DNA of 64,000 bases from Asterias rubens (lineage: Eukaryota): positions 8,742,001 to 8,806,000 of the forward strand of contig NC_047062.1 of assembly GCF_902459465.1 (NCBI RefSeq), in the 5' to 3' direction. The notes under the pieces were generated by a model. It saw only the letters and a list, made by a program, of their open reading frames with translations, had not been told where the DNA came from and searched no databases. Both the position numbers and the translations under genes were made by a program. The first letter of the stretch is position 1; every line of letters starts with the position of its first letter. This document shows positions 49,901 through 60,573 of this stretch, one piece after another.

Positions 49901-51594
49901 AATATGTAGTTCTTAGAACTTTATTACACCCGATAGGCACCTCAAAGCCCTCAATTGTTTTTTTTTTCTGCAAGGTATAATGAGTATACGTTTTGAAGAA
50001 TGAGACCCTCATCTTTTATAAAGCACCTTGTAATTGTTACAAGGTGCTGTGGCACAATATGCAGCCAATCAAACCACGAACATCTCTTAACGCTAAGTGC
50101 ACTGGGTTCTTTTATGGCATTACAAAACACATGGACCCTACGGCTTTGCGTCCCATCTGAAGTATGCAGCAATTATGGTCAAGTATCTTGCTTAAGGACA
50201 CAAGTGTCATGACTGGGAGGGACTCGAACCCAAACTGCTGAGCAGAAACACCAGAGCTTGAGTTCGGTGTTCTTATCCACTCATCCATGACGCGCATGAA
50301 CATACTAGAACTAACACTAAGATCAAAGATTTGCAGGAAATAAATTGAAGATTCTAATTCTACCATTCCTTTGATGAATACAGTTTAAGTAGCACCAATA
50401 TTTCTGAGATTACCTTTTGTCAGTGTTGAGGTAAATGTACTCGGTGCTTGTACTCGAGTACTACTAGCCTATTTATTGCTTGAAACTGAATTTTTGTAAT
50501 TAATTCTGTGTTTTTAAAATGTTATGTTATGTTTTTTTTTTTTTTTTTTTAAAGCAGTGGACACTATTGGTAATTAGGTACTCAAAATAATTATCAGCAA
50601 AAAAACTCACTTGGTATAATGAGTAGGTTGATAGTAAAAACATTGTGAGAAACGGCTCCCTCTAAAGTGACGTAGTTTTCGGGAAAGAAGTTATTTTCCA
50701 CGAATTTGATTTCGAGACCTAAAGTTTAGAATTTGAGGTCACAAAATCAAGCATCTGAAAGCACACAACTTTGTGTGACAAGGGTGTTTTTTCTTTGATA
50801 GTTATCTCGCAACTCAGACGACCAATTGAGCTCAAATTTTCACAGGTTTGTTATTTTATGCATATGTTGAGATACACCAAGTAAGAAAACTGGTCTTTGA
50901 CAATTACCAATAGTATCCATTGTCTTTAAACGAGATTTAAATTTGAATCTTTTTAGTGCACACAGGGAATTTTCTACTCGAGTACTACCCAAGTACCTTT
51001 TTGAGGTTACTTGTACTTTACTCGACTGATCAATTACTCGTATTTGGACACTTCACTTCACCTTATATACTCAACGTCCACCCCATAGAGTGTCAAATTC
51101 GAGAAAATTCTCTTCAAAACAAGTTAACCATACCTGGGGCTGAGTTCACAAAGCAAGACAAATTTTCAGTATTACCATAGTGATTTGTATTGTGACATCA
51201 CATTTTAATTAGCAACTCTGTTTGATTTGCAGTTACGATCAATCTTAGATCTTTATGAAATAGGCCCCTGGCATTTATCAAAGGCCAGTCAGTGAGATTA
51301 GATTTTATTGTTGAATGTTGCGTAATAATTTTGAATATGGTAATGAGGAAGTCAAACATGTTGATTTTGACAACTATTTTTGTTTTCTTTTAATTTTTTT
51401 TTCAGAGTAAATGGCTCGGTGGTTTCACTGACAAAAACGGGCAACCAGTGTCGACCTTTGACACCCTGAAGAGAGTTCTTGGTCCTGACTTTGATCTTGT
51501 ATTGGATAAGAACATGCCGTTCTTCATTCGTGAGACGGCTCGTAAGAATCAGTGGACCGTATCTCACGCTTCAATCTGGATACGTAAAGAATAA
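46911..51594 (+). CDS. Class I SAM-dependent methyltransferase, stand-alone homologue of the OvoA C-terminal (thiohistidine N-methyltransferase) domain, 299 aa
   Basis: Exons 46911-47198, 48357-48572, 49673-49879, 51406-51594 (900 nt, all phase 0). Motifs YET..V.EYL.FHYG, RALDIGCAVGR.AFELAR, GIDFS, EGDL, QGDACNL, NL..RL..P, PCTWLDEFTPKSKWLGG and PFFIRETARK.Q recapitulate the OvoA methyltransferase domain as I recall it. Hydrophobic N-terminus LPTLVGAALLATSGVAVY. Confidence 0.85.
48076..48267. mobile_element. Foldback-like long palindrome, family L
   Basis: About 190-bp near-perfect inverted repeat with tandem acagaaccctcctccagacggcc subunits. Confidence 0.75.
49990..50295 (-). mobile_element. 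tRNA-derived SINE (approximate bounds)
   Basis: B box gggactcgaaccc on the plus strand, plus a central domain homologous to 39775-40040. Confidence 0.6.
50553..50925 (+). mobile_element. Family A TTAA-target MITE
   Basis: TTAA flanks at 50549-50552 and 50926-50929; lies between TACTCGAGTA-rich remnants (about 50430-50470 and 50960-51050) of an older element. Confidence 0.8.
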
Positions 51595-52484
51595 CCAATT
51601 AGGCTGGGAATACTTTATAGGCAATCAGAAAATCTGTATGCAGCTGTATGATTTGCTCTATTTTTGTAATAGATTCTAAATGGTAACTGGTAGTCTGGAA
51701 TCAGGACCTACCTTGACCCCAAAATATTGGCCCCATAGAGTTATAATCCAATGATAGATCATACATAACAAGTTCAAGGAAGGTGGCGGCTTCTTGTTAC
51801 CCTTTCATGGACTCAATAAGAATGACCCAATTTCATAGAGCTGCTTAAGTACAAAAAGTAGCTTAGCGTTATAATATGATACCTATCAGAATAAGACTAC
51901 CAGCAAAAATGCCATACAACATTTACCATTTGAGACTGGAGTCTTGCTCTTGCTCATTTTTGTTGAGCAGAAACGTTTTTGCACGATTTGTTGCTTGAGC
52001 AGCTCTATGATATTGGACCCTGTTTGGCCAAGTCAATTTTATCAGAGTCATTGACTTTGAACGAGGACTATTTTCTGTTGGATTCTGATGGGAACAGGGT
52101 TGCTTCTTATAAATAGACTGGGAATAATATGGAGTGTGTGATGTAAAATGTTAATTTAGTAAAAAATCGTCGCTAATTAGAATACATATTTATACCGAGA
52201 GTCTTGTGAGGATGTGAACTATTTATAGATGCGACTAGACATTTTATCTATCACGTTGATAGACAAATGTCTGCACTGTCTGTGCTTTACTGTAAGGGCG
52301 TATTGTACTGATGGAGTAAATCACATTGCTTGTGTGATTTTTTTAGTTTAAGACCGGCTCCCCACACTGTTATTCCCAAAGTATTATGGATATCCGTTCA
52401 GCGCTGTTTGCTATAGGACTTCTGTGTAGTGTGGTGCACCCATTGATCTCTAATAGATTGACTTGATAGGAGGGGCTGCTCTAT

Positions 52485-52650
52485 ATTCTGACACCCCTAT
52501 AGTTATTCTCCCACCCTTTTGTTCCGACAACCCCTTCATGATTTTACATGCCATTGGTTAGGGTTAGGAGTGAGGACTATACTAGGGGTGTCTGAACATG
52601 AGGGTGTTGGAAACATCTATAGGGTTAGCCGAACATAGGTGTGCCCTAAC
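52485..52650. repeat. Degenerate inverted-repeat element with AGGGGTGTC(T/G)GAAC-like subrepeats and a TTAGGGTTAGG core (approximate bounds)
   Basis: gacacccctat and gttccgacaacccct on the left; agggggtgtctgaac, agggtgttggaaac and agggttagccgaac on the right. Confidence 0.4.
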
Positions 52651-55106
52651 TTGTGTGTAACCAATAGGACACGTTAAGCGTGTTGTACACTGCATATACA
52701 GGCTCTAAACGGTTTAACACTGAAACTAATATGAATGCGCAGGGGACTTGCTCACGCAGACATTATGCCTAAAAACAAATGTTTAGGCCTATTCATGATA
52801 AAGTTTTGACGATAAAGTTTACATTATAACGTGAAATTTGTAAATTTAGATGCAAATAATTTTGCTCCTGCACGAAACTTCTATTTATTTGGGTTGCGGA
52901 CAGAATGGTGTCAACTCCTGAGAAATGCGCTAATTGACGCATGGTTGCGCAATGTGTCCCATCCAGTCATTTATTGAGATCATTGGGTGTTCCCTTCTAG
53001 CCGCGGCCACCAGGGTAAGGGGATTTGTCAAGTATAATAGAGGAATTTCTATTCAGATAATTATTATAAACAAAAATTGTTTATTTATACCATCATGCAG
53101 CTCAAAGGCTGAATTTCTAGTACCTTCTATTTATATATACAATTAATTGAAAATGAAAATTGATTGGTTGGCCTGCCTCTTGTAACTGACTTTTACAAAA
53201 TAAATGATCTTTGCGAAGTAATCGATTTGAATGATTTTATTTGACTTTTGAATGCTAAACTTTTTGAAATGGAATTGCTCCTTTTGAATGTTGATGCAAC
53301 GAAACCATAATTTACAAAAGGGAAGTGATTGAACTAGGTGCTTATTGTTGAAACTGTTCAGGTAAACCTTAATTATACCTCTTTTTTTAAATGATTGAAT
53401 ATTAAGGAAGAGCGCCTCAGAAAATTGAACTGTTCCAGTGTGAGGTTACCATAATCTTCCATGTAGATGATTTTTGTGAACCGTCAAAAAACAATGAGAC
53501 ACATCTAAGTCTTTCTTTTCCTTTTTTAATATATTTAGTTTTGTCATTATAATGTTTTTATTTTTGGGAAGGGGTCTTAGTTCAGGTTACACAGATATTT
53601 AATTGTATATTTGGACTGTTTTCTAGTTTTCATTAGATGGATAACCTTTGTAGTTATAAGGATCTTGTCTTTAATCATGAAGTAATAAATAAAGCAATAA
53701 CAAGTTATACAAATTGATGTATGCTTTTAAAATGGGTTTGATGAATTTTGTTGCCAGAGGACGACTGTAACACATTGATTTAACTTTGTGATCATGAGGT
53801 AATTTTATTCTCTATAGGTTGTCATCAGTTTTCAGTGTAATGTATTCCTTCTTTTCCGATTTTCTTCCTCCAAAGGGGTGGGGAGGTACAGGGGATCCAC
53901 CCTCATAAGCCCTCTCGCCACTTACTCAGAACCCCCTTCCAAAATGAGATTGAAAAATACCAAAAACAAAATCAATGGAAAGTCAATGAAAGTCATTTGT
54001 TGCCTCTTTTGTAGCTAATTCTTTTGAAACATACAAGTATGCTGTTTTAATACTTTCAAATATAATTTATCTGAAAAATTAAATGTTTCTTGAAGAGCAA
54101 GAATACATTCCAAAAATATAACGCCAGTACGTCATACAAAAAAAGTTACAGATTTGAGTCATTAGTTTGATTGTAAGTATTAGTAAGATACAATATCAAA
54201 ATATAAAGTGCTCTTCTACTTATTTCAAAATTATGTAAGTTGGTCCAATTACTGTTTAGCAAATACATTATCATCACAAACAGCTACTGACAAGTACCTC
54301 TGTAACAACAACGGGGAAAAAGGCATTCTCTAACCATGATCAAGTCCAATTTGTTCTAGTGGAGCACTTTAATTTGTGGGAAAAGGCAAATTACTTGCAA
54401 GTGACCATTGCAATGAGTTAAAGGATTGTACATAATATGTCATTATATATCTCCACAAATACATTCTCTTGGAAAATTAATTTTCATTTTTCGCTAAATA
54501 TATTTTCCCCTAAATATTTTCCCTAGTCAAATGGAGTAAGGACAGGGACTATTGACTCCCCTTGAATGGGCGTCACACTTGGGGGGGGGGAGGGGGGCTG
54601 TGTAAAACACTGCATTGTCCAAAATTCCCACTACACTTTATAACACACAGGGACATTGACTCTCAAAATGGAGATTTTTCTGATGATGACATGAGGTGAA
54701 TGGGGTTAATAGGATATTTCATGTACAGTGTAAAGTTGTAACCCATTCAAAATGGCTATATATGACATTTAGACAATTTATTTGACATCAGTCAGTAGAT
54801 GGGTAAACTCTTGAATCAAATCCTGGTACATTTCATTTTTGTTTGTAGAAACAATCAATAAGTTTGCTGGAGCTCCTTCCTTTAGGCAAAATTACAAATA
54901 CCTGATGCCCAATTAATTACGTTAGCATAATTCAACTTTACATACTTAATGCCTGTTTGTGCGCAATTTGAGTTTGGGTCATTCACTGAAATCTATAAAC
55001 AGTCTAAGTTGTTTGTCACATAACAGGCCCAGACATAATGTCCCTGCCAAATATCTCTGAATGGCATAATTACAAGGACTCCTCGCTTGTCATGTCCTAT
55101 CTCTTG

Positions 55107-58100
55107 TTATCTCGAGACAGATCGTAGTTCTCCTTCCGTTTTCATAGCTTCGTGGCATTCCTCTTCAAGTTTACGGAAATCGTTGACAAAATTGTATTGC
55201 TGAAAAAGGAACGACATAAAAACATTAAGGAAGTGCAATCAGTAGTAATGGGAGACTTTCTGGGACGATAGAGGGCAGCAGACTTACCGGGTAAATCCAT
55301 TGTTCTCAGAATTATGCGCGTGTTCAGAACTACGTAAACAATGGAAATTTACCCGGTATGTCTGCTGCCACCTAGCGTTGGAAAGTCTCCTATTACTAGT
55401 CTAATAAAATGCACAATAGCCCATAAGTACAGGTGCCATCTTAAAATTATACTGCAATGCATTTTTGGAAACCAAATACATGTACAATTAAAAAGAAATC
55501 AAGCTGCCAATATGAACGCCATGCTGTAGTTTACATGACGTTTATGCCAAGTTGTATAGTTGTGTACTGCATTGCTTCAAAATCAGTGCACCATGATGGT
55601 TGCCGTTTTCCCAGAATACTTTGCGCTTCGATCATGCCCATAGCTCATTGGATTGCACTAAGCGTCATTGACCGCCATAGTTGATGAAATATGCACACAT
55701 GCATGGCTATCATTGGCTAAGAGTTTTCGCGCAGCGCAAACATGAGTGCACTTTTCCATTGTTTATTATCAAATGTGACGGTTGATAAGTACTTGTATTG
55801 GGACTTGCACACATGTATTTAAGGCTATTAAAAACATTTCAGCACCAACTACTTAAAACTTAGAGCCATACCTTGACTGTTTCTATGGCATTGTGTCCTC
55901 TCAGCTCTTGCAATTTCTTGATGGCAGTTTCTGAGCTCATTCCTTGATCTAACTGAAGCAGTAAGCAGGCGGCAATGATACAGGATCTCCCCTGGCCTCC
56001 GTAGCAGTGGAGCAATAGCTGCAGGGGAAATCAAATTATTACTGATAACAAGCCTGCTCTAAGTTTGACACAAAACTGCTGACAATTGCTGGCTTGTTTA
56101 CTCGCCCTGAAAATAACCCAACCTCAGATCAACTATCTGATTTCGGAATGATGGAAGTAACTTAGTTTACGATCAATTCATGGTAAGATGCATTCAGAAG
56201 TGGAAACCTTAAAGGGACAATGTCGTCTTGATCAAAGCAGGCCTGTGGTTGACACGGAATTGTGGACCCTCACCCGTTAGTTACAACACACTGGATGTAT
56301 GTTTTATTGCATGCACAACTCTTAAACAGAATAAGGAGTTATTTCAACCAGCACTTTTTGAGTGTTTTGAGGGCAATGTGCATCTTTAAGAGTGAACCTC
56401 GTAAAAATTTAAAATCACAAAATTTTAAATGCGATGCTACCTTTCTCCCAGCGGAAAGCACTTTCCTCAGTCTGTCAAGAACCTCCAAGATATCTGTGAT
56501 TTCAAGGCTTTCCTGAATTGGAAAGTAGTGGAGGGAGAATTCGGCTGTGGCGTAGTCTGACAGAAGGTTTGGCACTCTGTAGCGAATCAGCTCAGCCTTT
56601 GTACACAGAGGAAACATATCGCTAATCCCAATCTTTTTCAGATCATCTATACAGAAAAATACAACAACAGTGACATGGACTTGAAATATAAACAGATTTT
56701 AACATTGGGCCAGTACACTTATGAATGGACAAGTCTGGCAGTCTTGTTTTTTTTTTTTTCAATTGAAAAGTAATACCTAAATGTGTAATGGCGGTAAAAA
56801 ATCATTTAACATGGCTAGTTGATTACTCACCGATATCTGTCTTCAGCTTTCTCCAGACACTGCTAAATCGACAGCCTGAATGAAAATAAACGAAAGGATG
56901 TAAGGAAAGTCATCATCATTATTCCATAATGTTTAACTGTGCAACAACCAACACCTAGTTGTGGAGGAAAGTTTTTGCTTTTAACATCAACGAAGAATTG
57001 TATACAGCAAAATAATGTATATGACTGAACTGTGCAGCAAAGATTGGCTAAGCACAACATGCTTAGAAGGACAAGGTTACCGGCCAAAATACCATTTCAC
57101 ATGGTCTCATTTGTGAACTGTTTTTATGGCTCATTTTTGCTAAGCGGTAAAGAATTGTAATGCTTTATTTTCTGAAACAGCAGCTCTATGAAATTAGGCC
57201 CAGGTGAGCTCTTTCACAGTTATATGCGCCATCTTGTTCACTGGACAGGTTTTTTACTTTGAATGAACATGCACTGCTGTCCAACTCAGCGCTAGAACTT
57301 CTTGCAGTGTCTGAAACTTTGGTGGAAGTTCAAGTGCCGCGCCAACTCGTGTTTGAGGTAAACAAAATCTGCCCCTTGAACAAGAGAGAAGATGGCCCAC
57401 ATAAGTTCATAACCGTGAAGGTGTGTGGGTCAACGTGGATAATCTTAGAGAAGCTGACCTGGCAAATCACTTAACCCTAGTTGACCTGGCAACCCATAGG
57501 GAGAGACATCCAACCTGCATCACAAAGACATAAAAGAGTTAAATTACAAAATTAAAAGCAATTCTGTGTCAAACAAAGAAAATATGATTAGAGCGGGACT
57601 CGAACCTGCTACCACCAGGTTAACATGTCATCGCTCTACAAAATATTTAACACAATCAGTTTATTCCTTGTGGTACTTTGTAAAATATGAAACAAACATG
57701 AACCACTACCAGAAGTAATTAAAAAAAAAGGTTGTTTAGTGGACAAAGGAAAAAAATTATGTGAAACATAAAAACTAAACTGTCTATTTAGTATGAGAAA
57801 GGTAGGATTTAATACAATTTTAAAGTTACCAGTTTATCTTCAATGGCAGAGTGTCAAATGACTGTTCATCGTCAGATGTATCAAAATCACAGTCTGCATT
57901 ATGATCAGAATCACTCATTTCATCTTCAACTTCAATCATATCAACTAACTCAACCTTCTGAATCTGAAAACAAAGCAAACAATGAAAATTAAGTTGTTAA
58001 TCTGAAAACAAAGCAAAAAATTTAAACCAATTAGTTTAAACTTGTTGAAAAATCATTGACTTAATCAAAATGTATACAGTGCTGATTAGAGATAAGAAAC

Positions 58101-58297
58101 TAGTTGCGATATAAATCGCACCCTCCATACACACCCAGTGTTATGATTAACTTTAGCCAAAACATGATCATGATGGATGGATGGTCAATAAAACTGGCTG
58201 GAGGGTTACGTTACGGCTATGCTGTGCAGGAAGACGGCTAAACACGGTATTTACTTACATTATTTTCACTTGGAACTCCCATTTCTACTGTTGACAT
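55107..58297 (-). CDS. CDKN3: Cyclin-dependent kinase inhibitor 3 / KAP dual-specificity phosphatase (7 coding exons, 239 aa)
   Basis: Exons 58297-58259, 57963-57830, 57514-57459, 56875-56831, 56646-56441, 56018-55872, 55199-55107 (720 nt). FDTSDDE..LPLKINWL..LGLSDLPGCRF, YRVPNLL, P-loop HCYGGQGRSC, ELRG..AIET.KQYN, and the final residues RSVSR match human CDKN3. Confidence 0.93.
55245..55396. mobile_element. TA-flanked MITE with CTCF-like motifs in both TIRs
   Basis: TA at 55243-55244 and 55397-55398; imperfect TIRs of about 55 bp (GTAAT(G/A)GGAGACTTTC...GGCAGCAGAC(T/A)TACCGGGTAAAT). Confidence 0.7.
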
Positions 58298-58499
58298 CAC
58301 CACAGTATATCAGAGAAAACTGATAGAACTGAAAGAAGGAAACAAACCCACAACTATTTTCGGATCCCTATTTTCCAGTTGTAACACAGCTCCAAATAAT
58401 TTAAATTTGTTTTTATTTTAAAATTCCCACGCGATGACGGCAAAGAATGAATAAGTATGGAGGGCAATAAGGGCAAAATAATCGATTAATAATTTGAAT

Positions 58500-58960
58500 G
58501 ATTGACGGCCCTTTTGTTACCAGGAATGCATTGTTTATCTTTATCTAAATTGATTTGCCATTCTGAATGATTAAGTATCTTTGTTTGACAGACAGAGTAC
58601 CGAATTCCCATTAATATAGAATTCCGTTACCAACCATTCTTGAAGGTGTATCTTTTTTTGACTGACAGGCCGTCCATAGATCAAACGTTTTACCCAAAAT
58701 GCATTCGAACCGAGATTTATTTTGGGGTTACACATTGGGCCGTCACGCGTGACCGCATACCATGTCATGGATACAGACTAAACACATTAGACCGTACACA
58801 AAAACTAGGTTAGGTCAGCATTATGTTGTTGTTTTTTTGGCGAATTTAAAAAACTTTCTTCACGAGGTGCTGTTGAGAGTGCAGAGGAATAGGCCTTCTT
58901 TTGAGAGTCTTAATTATTGGAAACCAGGAAAGTGGTGAGTGACTGAGGAGCGACGTGAGT
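58500..58960. promoter_or_regulatory. Putative bidirectional promoter between CDKN3 and the F-box-like gene, with two SBS-like sites
   Basis: CpG-enriched interval between divergent genes. TTACCCAAAATGCATTCGA (58690-58708) and TTACCAGGAATGCATTGTT (58517-58535) are partial Staf/ZNF143 matches. Candidate 5' UTR donors gtgagt near 58935-58960 and an acceptor near 60529. Confidence 0.45.
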
Positions 58961-59254
58961 AGTGTGTGCTTACTTTTTATTAAAGATTTGTTTTCTTCGG
59001 TTTTCGTCAGTTGCTTCGCAACTTTTTACTCAACTTAATCAAAAATTGTTGTGTACTAAAAATATACTGGCTAAAATGCTTGCTGAAAGTTGATGCTGTA
59101 TTGATAATGGTCCATACTACAATTACGAAGCACTACACGTGCAGCAATCAAAATAAAAAGATCCTCCATTCCAAAATTGTAAACATAAACATTTTATTTT
59201 TGAATTGTTGGTTTTAATAAGGGAATCAATGTATGTGTCATTTATGTGTGGTGA

Positions 59255-59400
59255 AGAGGTTTTCAACTAGTGGTTTAACTTAATCCCAATGAGGGATGGT
59301 TCTTGATAATTTTTCTGAGACGAAGTCGAGGTAAATTATCAAGAACCAGGCCTCGGGGGGTTTAAAACCACTAGTTGAATTGAAAACCGATTCAACACAC
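59255..59400. mobile_element. Inverted-repeat MITE remnant (approximate bounds)
   Basis: ttttcaactagtggttta ... taaaaccactagttgaa inverted pair. Confidence 0.45.
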
Positions 59401-60573
59401 TTTGATGTTGATTCCCATTCATAAATACCTTTTTGGTTAAAAGGCGTAATAAAATAAGAAACACTGTAAAACTAATCCGTTTCCACCAAGTGCTTGAGCT
59501 CTGTATGTTTCCACCTCCCTGGTATGTTCAGTATACATGTTACATGTGCATGTACAATGTTTGTACGCGTGTGTTTTCCGGTTCCTTTCGTGCGCATGCG
59601 CGTATAGTCTTGGTGCATATTCGCTGGTTTTCCTTTTACACACAGCGCGGCCAACTCACCGACAGCGCCTGCATCAACCGTAACAAGAAGCGTCTTGCAT
59701 CAAGACTAGCGCGGAGTCTCCGCTCACAACCGGTTATAAACAAAGGTTTAAACACCCCCACGTGACACGCTCTCCACCAATAGGAATAGTGAAACTGTCT
59801 GAGGTATTTTTGAATAATACTTAAAGAGATTGCATCCGTCAAAGTTCAATAGCCACCTAAAAAGAGTGCATTTTGCAAGGTTCAATTAATTTCCATACAT
59901 GCAACAGCGAAGTACTAAACATTTCATCTGTTCAATATTTTTTATAATGAAAACAACAAAAATTGTTTCTGCTTGGTTAGGGAATTTGTGTACCGGTGTA
60001 CAAATACAATTATTATATTTCTCTTATTTCAATCGCGTCAGAGAAAACATGCAACAGAACAATGGTTTTTGTGGTCTTTTAAGTTATAATGCTATTTCTT
60101 CAACTTTTTTTTTACAGCATTTAAAATCCCTTTTTTGATTTACCTGGTCACACTAAAATGCATCATTTTATTGAAGAGGTAGATTTGGTTTGCTTTGAAA
60201 ACTTGGAAGTACCTTCCTGAAGATGTATGCGAGGAATTCGAGAGCTGCTGAGGCACAGACAGACATGAGTGTACAAATTATACTATTACAAATCCTGCCC
60301 CTTGAACAAGATGACGATTATTACTATTAGCATGAAAGGGCTCGTTGATGAACTTCATTCAAGATTGTAAGGTTATGATTTTTCGTTTGGAATTACCAAC
60401 CCTCTACTTTACCTAAGAAAATGTTTTCACTCGGTCAAACAATTTGTCTCCCTAGGAAATTATTGATTTGTATAAGTCACTTTAAATGAGTCACTTTAAA
60501 CAACTGTAAAAACTATAAATTTATTGCAGGTGGAGTAGGCCTATGGATGATGGGCGAAATGATTTGAAAGAAC

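Noticed and set aside
46911-51594. Bacterial contamination or recent HGT as the source of the OvoA-like methyltransferase
   Set aside because: It has three canonical spliceosomal introns containing host MITEs and SINEs, and is flanked by animal genes. Ancient HGT is not excluded.
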